A stretch of 64,000 nucleotides of DNA, taken from NCBI GenBank assembly GCA_965204575.1, contig OZ241993.1, positions 1,280,001 through 1,344,000 on the forward strand, read 5' to 3'. Shown here piece by piece: positions 10,128 through 19,071 of this stretch (within the stretch, counting starts at the first letter, position 1; each line of letters begins with the position of its first letter). A program made the translations under genes and the position numbers. The notes beneath the pieces were generated by a model, which saw only the letters and a program-made list of their open reading frames with translations, was not told where the DNA came from and ran no database searches. The stretch is from an uncultured candidatus Porisulfidus sp. GTDB taxonomy: Bacteria; Pseudomonadota; Gammaproteobacteria; Poriferisulfidales; Poriferisulfidaceae.

Positions 10128-10920
10128 GCCTGGGATCTCCGCATTCCGCGCAGCGGCCGAGCCTCATTTCCGAAAGGGGCTTCTGGCAGGTGCGGCATAG
10201 CTGGGGGTAGGTGGCGTGCAGCTGGGGATCCACGGCCAGACGGTCGTCAAAGACAAAGCATTCCCCTTGCCAGTGGCGGCCGCCGCATTGCTCGAAATAG
10301 TTCAGGATGCCTCCGGACAACTGCCAGACTTCCGGATGCCCCTGCTCGCGCAGCCAGGCGCTGGCCAGTTCACAGCGGATGCCGCCCGTGCAGTAGGTCA
10401 CGATGGGTCTCGTGTCTGGCTCCAAGCCGCGAGCTGCTTCCTGGAAATCACGGAACTGATGCAAGGGCAGGGTTTCGGCGGCGGCAAACTGCCCCAGGTG
10501 CGTCTCGTAGACGTTGCGCACGTCCAGCAGTCGAAGTGGGCGACCCTCGTCCAGCCATTGGCATAACTGTTGCGGCGGCAGGTGAGCGCCCGGCCGGCGG
10601 CGGGCGACTGGAGTGTCCACCTGGAGAGGCAGGAGGGAAGGGCGGGAACGGACGATCAGCTTGGAGAAAGGTGAGACGGTGATGCGGCTGCGCCGGAACT
10701 GGAGTTGCTTGAACGGGCTTTCGTCCAAGAGAAGCCGTTCGACTTGGCCGATGCCGTCTTCCGGACCCGACAGGCTCAGGTTGATTCCCTCGGGGGCCAG
10801 GGTGATGTTGCCGGCCAGCTGCAGGCGTTCGCAGGTCTTGAGCAGGTGGCGGCGCAGCGTCTCGTCTTCGTCGAAGTCCAGGAACTGGTAGGCCGTGGTA
10901 TGAACCAGAAGAGGCGCCAT
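10114..10920 (-). CDS. trhO: Rhodanese-domain protein, TrhO/YceA-like tRNA hydroxylase
   Basis: LAPEGIN, LDVRNVYE, YCTGGIRCE, GGILNYF, CFVFDDR. Confidence 0.75.
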   Translation of the reverse strand: MAPLLVHTTAYQFLDFDEDETLRRHLLKTCERLQLAGNITLAPEGINLSLSGPEDGIGQVERLLLDESPFKQLQFRRSRITVSPFSKLIVRSRPSLLPLQVDTPVARRRPGAHLPPQQLCQWLDEGRPLRLLDVRNVYETHLGQFAAAETLPLHQFRDFQEAARGLEPDTRPIVTYCTGGIRCELASAWLREQGHPEVWQLSGGILNYFEQCGGRHWQGECFVFDDRLAVDPQLHATYPQLCRTCQKPLSEMRLGRCAECGDPRLDAH

Positions 10921-10922
10921 GG

Positions 10923-11438
10923 TCAGAACTGTTCCAAGGTGGTGAACAGGCCGACCCGGAGATCCTTCGCCGTGTAGATGTCACGGCCATCCACCTGCAC
11001 CAGGCCGTCGGCAATCCCCATCACCAGTGAACGGGTGATCAGGCGTTTGAGATGGATGTGGTAGTGCACGACGCGGTTTTCCGGGGTCACCTGGCCGGAG
11101 AACTTGACCCGGCCGACGCCCAGCGCCCGGCCTCGTCCCGGGTGACCTTGCCATCCCAGGAAGAACCCCACCAACTGCCACAGGGCATCAAGCCCCAGGC
11201 AGCCCGGCATCACCGGATCGCCGGGGAAATGGCATTGAAAGAACCAGAGGTCGGGGCGAATGTCCAATTCCGCCCGTAGTTCTCCCTTCCCGTAGGTTCC
11301 GCCTTGTTCGCTGATATGCGTGATGCGGTCCAGCATCAGCATGTTCGGGCTCGGCAACTGGGCGTTGCCTTCGCCGAACATCTCACCGCGCGCGCAACGC
11401 AGGAGCTCCTCGTAGGAGAAACTTTGAGGTGAACCCAT
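10923..11438 (-). CDS. fabA: 3-hydroxyacyl-ACP dehydratase/isomerase
   Basis: [29 protein letters not shown]. Confidence 0.96.
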   Translation of the reverse strand: MGSPQSFSYEELLRCARGEMFGEGNAQLPSPNMLMLDRITHISEQGGTYGKGELRAELDIRPDLWFFQCHFPGDPVMPGCLGLDALWQLVGFFLGWQGHPGRGRALGVGRVKFSGQVTPENRVVHYHIHLKRLITRSLVMGIADGLVQVDGRDIYTAKDLRVGLFTTLEQF

Positions 11439-11497
11439 GGGATGGAAACCGGGTAATAAGCCTGCAGACTATTCTATAGAGTGCGGATGAGGGGAAA

Positions 11498-12454
11498 TCA
11501 GGCCGGTTCGGCGTCGGCCTGGGCATCGAGCCGCATCCGCCCCAGGGCGAGACGCAATTCACCGAACGTCTGTGTCGGGATGATTCGGGTATCGTCGATC
11601 ACCGCCTCGAAAAGATTCAGGTTGGAGCCGTGCAGGAGGATCGGGTGGCCTTCCGGCACGGCACGGCGAAGTTTGCGTAACTCATTCGGAAGCAAAGGAT
11701 CATCGATCGGGTAGGCAGCGATGGCGGTGCACAGGGCCCGGCTGCGTTCCGCTGCGTACGCGATCTCGTCAGCAGACAGCCCCGCTCCAAGGAAGATCGG
11801 CCGCCACCCGTAGGCTCGGGTCGCCACGGCCAAGCGAAGCAGCGGCAGTTCATCGGGTCCGGACAATCCGCCGGCCACGACCACGCGGAAGGCGGAACCG
11901 GTTCCCGGGCGGGTGGCATAGTTCAGCAAGTGGCTGCGGATTACGCCTTCGGCCATGTGCTTCTGCGCCATGCGCAAGGTTCCATTGCGGCATTCGTCTT
12001 GCATGTGCTGGATCAGCGGCGCGATCAGGTCTTCTTGCATGAACAACTCGACCAGGTTCTTCTCGGCGTCACTCAGGGTTTCGGCCAGCTGTTCCGGATT
12101 CATCCTGTCGATTGCCTCGAGGCACCGGTCGAAATATTCCATGACCGCGTCCGTGCGCGGGCGCGAGGAACCGAGGGAAGGCACCAGAACGGCCGCCTGC
12201 TCATCTCCTTCCACCATGGCCTGGAGTTCGGCAGTGGACGCTCGCGCGATGTCGCCGATACGCCGCCCGGCATCGGTGGCACGGGCCAGCAGGCGCAGGC
12301 GCTCGATGTCCTCGTCTCGGTACAATCGGCGCTGATTTCGGGTGCGCGCCGGTTCGACTGCGTGGTAACGGCGCTCCCAGGCGCGGATCAACTCGACGCT
12401 CAGGCCCGAGCGGCGCGCGGCGACCTGGATGGGATGGAGCGGCGATTCGGCCAT
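11498..12454 (-). CDS. MerR family regulator with B12-binding-like domains (CarH/LitR-like)
   Basis: N-terminal MerR HTH (IRAWERRY..V.P.RT...RLY), then a four-helix bundle and a Rossmann-like domain (GWRPIFLGAGL). Confidence 0.82.
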   Translation of the reverse strand: MAESPLHPIQVAARRSGLSVELIRAWERRYHAVEPARTRNQRRLYRDEDIERLRLLARATDAGRRIGDIARASTAELQAMVEGDEQAAVLVPSLGSSRPRTDAVMEYFDRCLEAIDRMNPEQLAETLSDAEKNLVELFMQEDLIAPLIQHMQDECRNGTLRMAQKHMAEGVIRSHLLNYATRPGTGSAFRVVVAGGLSGPDELPLLRLAVATRAYGWRPIFLGAGLSADEIAYAAERSRALCTAIAAYPIDDPLLPNELRKLRRAVPEGHPILLHGSNLNLFEAVIDDTRIIPTQTFGELRLALGRMRLDAQADAEPA

Positions 12455-12622
12455 GTCAAGTTATCCACCTTTTGTACAGGAAAATCCGGGGCAATCCGGT
12501 GTTTCGTACAGCCATTGTACTGGATGCCCTCCTGTCGGCCAACCGGAGGTTGGGATATTTGTGATAGATTAGCCTCAAAAGAATCGTGTCCCCACGATTG
12601 TCAGAATTACTTAGGAGGAGTC

Positions 12623-13765
12623 GTGAAAAAACTGTTTATCAATCTACGCTATTTCCTCGCGCCGCTGCTGATCCTGTCGGCACTGTTCGGGGTTTTGGCA
12701 GGCGGACCGTGGGTCTGGGTCGGAGTCGCCCTGATGGGCGTCGGCATCCTGGTCGATACCACTACGCCACAACGCACCATGGGCGCGGGATTTGACGAAG
12801 AGGGTAACACCTATGGCGTCCCCGCTCTTCAGAACGGTGTCATGTACAGCATGCTGGGCGTTTTTGTCCTGTTGCAGCTGGCCATCTGCTGGCGCATCTA
12901 CCAGTACGTGAATGGCGTCCCGATGGGGACCGGCACTTTCCTGGGCCTGTCCTACCAGGAAGGAATCACCGGGATGGAGTTGGTCGGGGCAGTCGTTTCG
13001 ACCGGCATCTTCGCCGGCATCGGCATCATCTACGGGCACGAGCTGGCGCACACCAAGGGTTTCAGTTTCGTGATCGCCCGCTGGATGATGGGACTGTCTG
13101 GTTCGTCCCATTTCTGCTACGCGCATGTGTACAACCACCATCTGGAATTGGGTTGCGAGGACGATCCCGCAACTTCGCCGCGCGGGCGCAGCCTGTATGC
13201 TCATTTCCCGAAATCCTATTTCGGCCAGAGCAAATTCCTGTATTCGATGGAGAAGCATCGCCTGGAACGTCTGGGCGTGCCGTTCCTGTCTTGGCAGAAC
13301 CGCTGGATTCGTGGCTATGCCATGAGCTTGCCGACGCTCTTCCTGTTCTGGATGGCGGGCGGCTGGCTCGGCATCTGCGCCATGCTGCTGATCTGGATGA
13401 TCTCGAACTTCGAGCTGGAAGCGCTCAACTATCTGGAGCACTATGGGCTGATTCGCGAGAAAGGCCAGCCCATCGACTATCGCCATAGCTGGGACAACAG
13501 CACGGCGTTCACCAGCTGGTTCTTCATTGAGATCGGCCGTCAGGCGGATCACCACGACCGCGGTGAAACCCACTTCTGGGAGCTCGACGAGGTCGGGGCG
13601 CCGAATACGGGAATGGGGTATTTCACCCTGTTCGCATTGGCGTTGGTTCCGCCGGTGTTCCACAAACTCATGGAAATAGAGTTGAAGAAGTGGGACGACA
13701 ACGAAGCCTCCGAAGGCGAGTTGGAAGTCTCCCGCGCGATCAACAAGGTTGCAGGCTACGCATAA
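12623..13765 (+). CDS. Membrane diiron monooxygenase/desaturase, AlkB/XylM family
   Basis: His boxes HELAH, AHVYNHH, NYLEHYG, QADHH; strong RBS AGGAGGAG before GTG 12623. Confidence 0.88.
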   Translation: MKKLFINLRYFLAPLLILSALFGVLAGGPWVWVGVALMGVGILVDTTTPQRTMGAGFDEEGNTYGVPALQNGVMYSMLGVFVLLQLAICWRIYQYVNGVPMGTGTFLGLSYQEGITGMELVGAVVSTGIFAGIGIIYGHELAHTKGFSFVIARWMMGLSGSSHFCYAHVYNHHLELGCEDDPATSPRGRSLYAHFPKSYFGQSKFLYSMEKHRLERLGVPFLSWQNRWIRGYAMSLPTLFLFWMAGGWLGICAMLLIWMISNFELEALNYLEHYGLIREKGQPIDYRHSWDNSTAFTSWFFIEIGRQADHHDRGETHFWELDEVGAPNTGMGYFTLFALALVPPVFHKLMEIELKKWDDNEASEGELEVSRAINKVAGYA

Positions 13766-13790
13766 GAGGTCTGAAAACCCCAACCCTATA

Positions 13791-13827
13791 AAGGAGCGCC
13801 CCCTTTCGAGGGGGCGTTTCTTTTTTT
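13791..13827 (+). terminator. Rho-independent terminator
   Basis: CGCCCCCT-TTCG-AGGGGGCG stem-loop followed by a T run, just after the alkB-like stop. Confidence 0.85.
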
Positions 13828-13853
13828 GGGCAGGCCCTCCGTACAATAGGATC

Positions 13854-14552
13854 ATGAGTGAATTCGGGCAAACCCGCCGGCTGGAAGACCGATTGATCGA
13901 CGATGTCGCGGCCGCAGGGCAGTCGGCACAGCAGCAGCGTCGGTTGACGCTGGAGAAAGAGTTGCGCCGCCCGGACCTCAAGGATTCGGAACGTCTTGAC
14001 GCACAACTGGAACTCTCTGGGATTCTGCTTGATCTCGGCGAGTCCGGGACGGCTTTCGCGATGGCCCGGGAGGTACTGGACGCGGGGATTCGGGCGGAAC
14101 GCTACGAAAGGGCGGCCTCGGCCTGCCGGGTCATGTACCTGAGCGAGCAGCCGGAGTCCACGTCGGCCCTGGGACACGGCCTTTGGCTCGCGCTGGCTTG
14201 CCCGATGGATCTGGATCTGACTTGGCAACTGTTCCGCCATTTGGTAGAGGAGACTCCGGCTCATTCCGATGGCGCGGCCGTGGCTGCGATGCTGGCTTAT
14301 TTCTTGATGGACAAGCGGGCAGCCGGCGCGGAACGCGATCGTCTAATCTTCCTGGCCCAGCAGCAAGTTGCGGAAGTGGCTGAACGCCACCGCGGCATTA
14401 CCAACGATGAGACAATCGGAGTCTGGGTGCAGATGCACGACCTGGACGACGTGGATGTGTTGCTGGAACGGATGGGACGCATCCTCGACGCAATCACGCC
14501 GGACTGGTGGTTCGACCGGGAGGCGGTGCGCGCCCGGTTCGCTTCCGACTGA
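13854..14552 (+). CDS. Hypothetical all-helical protein
   Basis: 232-aa ORF with host-like codon usage; no motif recognised. Confidence 0.7.
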   Translation: MSEFGQTRRLEDRLIDDVAAAGQSAQQQRRLTLEKELRRPDLKDSERLDAQLELSGILLDLGESGTAFAMAREVLDAGIRAERYERAASACRVMYLSEQPESTSALGHGLWLALACPMDLDLTWQLFRHLVEETPAHSDGAAVAAMLAYFLMDKRAAGAERDRLIFLAQQQVAEVAERHRGITNDETIGVWVQMHDLDDVDVLLERMGRILDAITPDWWFDREAVRARFASD

Positions 14553-14571
14553 TTCCAACCGGTACGGGGTC

Positions 14572-15663
14572 ATGGCATCCGCTGACGATCCTTATGCACG
14601 CCGTATCATCCATATCGACATGGATGCGTTCTATGCGGCGGTCGAGATGCGCGAGGACCCTTCGCTACGAGGTCGCCCCCTGGTCGTCGGCGGTGATCCG
14701 GAACGGCGGGGCACGGTGGCGACATGCAATTACGAGGCCCGAGCCTATGGCATTCACTCGGCAATGGCGAGCCGGACCGCCAAGAAACGATGCCCGGAAG
14801 TCATCTTCATCCGCCCGCGGTTCGACCTGTACCGTGCAGTGTCGGCCGAAATACGTGAAATCTTCCTCCATTACACTCCCAAGGTCGAGCCCTTGTCCCT
14901 GGACGAAGCCTACCTTGACGTGACCGGTTGCCGCCTGTTCGGTGGAATTGCTACTGACATTGCACGCGATATCAAGCGTCGCATCCTGGAGAAAACCCGG
15001 TTGACCGGTTCGGCCGGCGTCTCCTACAACAAGTTCCTGGCCAAAATCGCTTCGGACATGAACAAGCCGGACGGTTTGACCGTGGTGCGCCCGGAGGGTG
15101 GCCCAAAGCTGGTGGCCCGCCTGCCGATCCGAAAGTTCTTCGGGATCGGGCCGGTCACGGCAGCGCGAATGAAGGAATTGGGAATCGAAACCGGAACCGA
15201 TCTCAGGCAGTGGCCGCTGGAACGACTCCAGCCTTTGTTCGGGAAGCATGCCGAGTACTACTACCAGGCGGCGAGGGGGTTGGATTTTCGCGAAGTGGAA
15301 CCGGGTCGTCCTCGAAAGTCGGTAGGCTCGGAGACGACGTTCGTGCAGGATATTCAGGATTTGGAGGAAATGCTGAAGGCGCTCAAGTTGCGGGCGCGCG
15401 AGGTGGCGCTGGATCTGCAGGAAAAGCGGTTAACCGGGAAGACAGTTACGGTGAAAGTCAAGTTCAGCAATTTTACGCAGGTCACCCGGAGCCATTCGTT
15501 CGATCGGCCATTGACTTCGTATCGACAGATGGCAGATGTCCTGCCGGATTTGTTGCGCCGGGCCGCACAACCGGGTCACGCAGTGCGCCTGCTCGGGGTG
15601 ACGGTTTCGAACTTGGTTCCGCATTCCGATGAAGAAGGGCCGGTGCAGCGTAGCCTTTTGTAG
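14572..15663 (+). CDS. dinB: DNA polymerase IV
   Basis: IIHIDMDAFYAAVE, NYEARAYGIHSAM, SLDEAYLD, KFLAKIASD. Confidence 0.96.
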   Translation: MASADDPYARRIIHIDMDAFYAAVEMREDPSLRGRPLVVGGDPERRGTVATCNYEARAYGIHSAMASRTAKKRCPEVIFIRPRFDLYRAVSAEIREIFLHYTPKVEPLSLDEAYLDVTGCRLFGGIATDIARDIKRRILEKTRLTGSAGVSYNKFLAKIASDMNKPDGLTVVRPEGGPKLVARLPIRKFFGIGPVTAARMKELGIETGTDLRQWPLERLQPLFGKHAEYYYQAARGLDFREVEPGRPRKSVGSETTFVQDIQDLEEMLKALKLRAREVALDLQEKRLTGKTVTVKVKFSNFTQVTRSHSFDRPLTSYRQMADVLPDLLRRAAQPGHAVRLLGVTVSNLVPHSDEEGPVQRSLL

Positions 15664-15736
15664 GGGCGTATATGGAAGTTGAGAGTTGAGGGTTTTCACG
15701 GCTCTGTTGTGGAAATCCGTGCTAGAGTAAATCACC

Positions 15737-18160
15737 ATGCACCGAGCCTTCCGCTTGAGTCAAGTCAGGCCAGGCTTGGCAGGGTCATGCGCGATCGCAG
15801 AATTTAAAAGCAAGCGGACAAGAAAGGACGCGAGCAACAGAATGCCACCACGCGAAACCCCACGGCCTGGAATACTGAAAAAAGTCACAGCGGCTGATCT
15901 TGGTTTTGTCGAACTCCCGGCACTAACGCCGCATCTTGAATTCCGCCTCATTGAAGAAGGGCAGGTGCTGTTGGTTTCCGAAACCTTCAATACATTGCTC
16001 CGCGAAAAGGTTCACACGGACCTCTTGCCGCTCCTCGACGGACACCATTCGCATCATGACATTGCCGAGACCCTGGCCGGAGCGTATTCGGAATCCGAAA
16101 TTCAAACCGCCATTGCTTCTTTGGTCGCGAGAGGGTATGTCGTTTCCGGCAACCACCTCATGGAACGAGGGCAAGCAGCATTCTGGTCCTCGCTGGGTGT
16201 CTCTCCCCGATGGGCCGAGGGGCGTTTGGCGGCGGCGAAAGTGGAAGTTGCCGGCGATGATGACCAGCTCGCTCGCAGGCTAGATGCTCTGGGCATAGCC
16301 GTGGGCACCGACCATCCGGCTCTTTCGGTCATTGTTTGCGAGGATTATCTCGACGATCAGCATGCCGGGATCAATCAACGCCACCTTGCGTCCGGCGAGC
16401 CGTGGATGTTGGCGCAACCGAAAGGCATTCGGCCTTTATTCGGCCCGGTATTCCGGCCCTCGGAGCAAGGCCCATGCTGGGCCTGCCTGACCTATCGCAT
16501 GCGCGGCCATCAAGAGGTCCATAATTTCCTGCGCAACCTTGCTGGAGAGGATGCGGCTTTTTCGCCTTTTGCCGCTGAATCCTCCGTCCTGGATTCGGTG
16601 TATGGACTGATTGCTGTCGAGATCGCCAAGTGGGTGGTGCTTGAGGAAATGGCTCCCCTCCATGAACAGGCGATTTCGTTCGACACTGCTCGCCTGAGCA
16701 GCGAATACCATCCGGTCATGCGCCGGCCTCAGTGTTTCGCATGCGGGGAGGAGGCGCTCTATCGCGCGGACCGGCCGCCCGTTCCGGTGCAGCTGCGATC
16801 AAGCCCGAAAAACATATGTAACAGTGGAGGGGCGCGTTCGGTTTCTCCAGAAGAGACTCTTGCCCGATATCGCCATCTGGTCAGTCCGGTCAGTGGGGTC
16901 GTTTCATGGGTCACGCGAATCACGGATGAAACAGACCCTTGGTTGCATGTACATTGGGCGGGGAGCAATTTCGCGCTGCAAAGCATGAAATTGAGTTCAT
17001 TGCGGCGCAGTTTGCGGAGCAAGAGCGCGGGCAAGGGCAGCACGCCGAAGCAATCCGAGGCAAGCGCTCTCTGTGAGGCGGTCGAACGCTACTGCGGTGC
17101 CTTTCACGGAGATGAGATTTGCTGTCAAAGGCGGTTCTCGGAGTTTTCTCAGGCTGGGGAATCAGAAGCGGTCCACCCGAACGATGTCCAGTTGTTCAGC
17201 GATTGGCAACTGGATCATGCTGAGGAAATTGATGCCGAGGGTCACCCCTGCAATGTTGTTCCATCGCGTTTCGACCCCGGTGCGAAGCTTGGTTGGTCGC
17301 CGGTATGGTCGCTGACCGAGGGCCGGCACCGATACCTGCCGACATCAATGCTCTACAGCATGCCCAGTGAACATCAAGAGCGTTCGGGGCTTAAAGCGGA
17401 TTCGAACGGGTGCGCCGCCGGGAACACCCTGGAAGAAGCCATCTTGCAGGGATTTTTCGAACTGGTTGAACGCGATGCTTTTGCCATTTGGTGGTACAAC
17501 CGGCTGCATTTGCCTGGAGTAAACCTGGAGAGTTTCAATGATGACTACTTGGCGTGCGCGTGTGACCGCTATCGAGACTTTCATCGCGAGTTGTGGGTGC
17601 TGGACGTGACCAACGATCTTGGCATTCCCGTCTTCGTCGCCGTCTCCCGCAGAATCGACAAGGATGAGGAAGATATCATCTATGCGGCCGGGGCGCATAC
17701 AGACCCGCACATTGCTGCTCTACGCGCGGTGTGTGAGTTGAATCAATTTCTGAACTTGATCCAGGGAAGGAGACAGGCCTCCGCAAGTGTGGCAGTCAAT
17801 GACCCGACATGCCGCTGGTGGTGGAAGAATGCAAGGCTGGCGGACCATTCCTACCTCGCGCCAGCTTCCGCCGTCAAGCCAAAGGGGAAGGCGGATTATT
17901 CCGTTCCCGACACCACGGACATAAAAGAGGATGTGGAGCAATGCCGTGCGGTGGTCGAATCCAAAGGCATGGAGTTCTTGGTGCTCGATCAGACACGACC
18001 CGATATCGGGATGTCCGTGGTGCGGGTCATTGTGCCTGGCCTGCGCCACTTTTGGCCACGTTATGCCCCAGGGCGCTTGTTCGAAGTGCCGGTTGGGATG
18101 AAATGGCGTGAGAACCCGATTACGGAAGCGGAAGTCAACCCCGCCCCGGTCATTGTCTGA
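15737..18160 (+). CDS. Fused TOMM leader-binding/E1-like-YcaO cyclodehydratase (start may be ATG 15842)
   Basis: N-terminal RRE-like region, GPCWACL and RRPQCFACG, YcaO motifs SAGKG, CEAVER, SNGCAAG, ELVERD; Pro-rich C-terminus NPAPVIV. Confidence 0.92.
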   Translation: MHRAFRLSQVRPGLAGSCAIAEFKSKRTRKDASNRMPPRETPRPGILKKVTAADLGFVELPALTPHLEFRLIEEGQVLLVSETFNTLLREKVHTDLLPLLDGHHSHHDIAETLAGAYSESEIQTAIASLVARGYVVSGNHLMERGQAAFWSSLGVSPRWAEGRLAAAKVEVAGDDDQLARRLDALGIAVGTDHPALSVIVCEDYLDDQHAGINQRHLASGEPWMLAQPKGIRPLFGPVFRPSEQGPCWACLTYRMRGHQEVHNFLRNLAGEDAAFSPFAAESSVLDSVYGLIAVEIAKWVVLEEMAPLHEQAISFDTARLSSEYHPVMRRPQCFACGEEALYRADRPPVPVQLRSSPKNICNSGGARSVSPEETLARYRHLVSPVSGVVSWVTRITDETDPWLHVHWAGSNFALQSMKLSSLRRSLRSKSAGKGSTPKQSEASALCEAVERYCGAFHGDEICCQRRFSEFSQAGESEAVHPNDVQLFSDWQLDHAEEIDAEGHPCNVVPSRFDPGAKLGWSPVWSLTEGRHRYLPTSMLYSMPSEHQERSGLKADSNGCAAGNTLEEAILQGFFELVERDAFAIWWYNRLHLPGVNLESFNDDYLACACDRYRDFHRELWVLDVTNDLGIPVFVAVSRRIDKDEEDIIYAAGAHTDPHIAALRAVCELNQFLNLIQGRRQASASVAVNDPTCRWWWKNARLADHSYLAPASAVKPKGKADYSVPDTTDIKEDVEQCRAVVESKGMEFLVLDQTRPDIGMSVVRVIVPGLRHFWPRYAPGRLFEVPVGMKWRENPITEAEVNPAPVIV

Positions 18161-18618
18161 TCTGTCGATATTGACGTCATAAAAACAATACCGGGCTACC
18201 GAAGGGGACCTTCATCAAGAGCAGGCTCCACGGGATGATTTCCTGAGCGGCTTCAGAAGCCGTTCGCTACCCCAGTTGATTGGTGATCCGGGTCGGGAAG
18301 GAATCCTGAGGCGCGTTAGCGGGCTTCCCATCACCATGGCGGCACGGTTTAGCTGGGCGGAATCCCCGGCACCAGCAATGTCCTGCTGGGGTCAAACCAC
18401 TCACAAAGACAGAGGCTCGGGCGCCAGTGGCCGACTTCCAGAACGGGAAGCGCATCTGGATATTGATTTATTTTTCGGGGTGATTTTTTTATGCGAAAGC
18501 CTGAAGTGCCACCACATTAACCATAGATGGCGCAGAGAGATTACTTTCTGCGCCATTAAGTATGTGTTCCACCGAAGAGCTTGAAACTAACTGAACACCC
18601 CTAAGCAGTCGAGTTTAA

Positions 18619-18894
18619 TTACGTGCAGAAAAGAACCCCTGCAGCAATCATCTCCAACTGTTCCTCGCTCAGTTCGGGACCGGCTGGCAATGACAGATGA
18701 AATGTGTTTGCATCGTTTTGATGCACCACGATTGTCAAACTTTCTGGCAATTCCACACCGAACTCGTCAGCAATCACAGTTTTCGGGTCGGAGATGAGTT
18801 GCTGGCGAAAGCCAGCATCCTCTATTGCGCGATCTGTTAAATGCTGACGCATTTGATCAGCCCTTTCGGCTATTGCTTCGTACAACTCTTCCAT
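18619..18894 (-). CDS. NHLP (nitrile hydratase-like leader) RiPP precursor, predicted core VLFCT
   Basis: RAIEDAGFRQQLISDPK...FGVELP...LSLP...ELSEEQLEMIAAG leader; RBS GAGGGA upstream of ATG 18894. Confidence 0.9.
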   Translation of the reverse strand: MEELYEAIAERADQMRQHLTDRAIEDAGFRQQLISDPKTVIADEFGVELPESLTIVVHQNDANTFHLSLPAGPELSEEQLEMIAAGVLFCT

Positions 18895-19071
18895 ATTGAT
18901 TCCCTCGCTAGTTGTAATCCACATGCATGTGGGTTGATTCAAGTATAGCAAGACTTGTAGGGAACTCGTTCGAATGTGCGGGTTCATGTGCACGTGCTAG
19001 ACCCGTCCCGATATGCGTCTCTATGTTAGACTTGCGGCAATCATTTTCCAGAGGTTTTTCCTTTCCTCAAG

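Noticed and set aside
11930-12622. 231-aa N-terminal extension of the AlkB-like ORF suggesting a fusion
   Set aside because: Mostly antisense to the MerR gene; the strong RBS places the true start at GTG 12623
18161-18618. Possible extra RiPP precursor or tailoring gene between YcaO and NHLP
   Set aside because: The small ORFs lack a leader motif, RBS or recognisable domain
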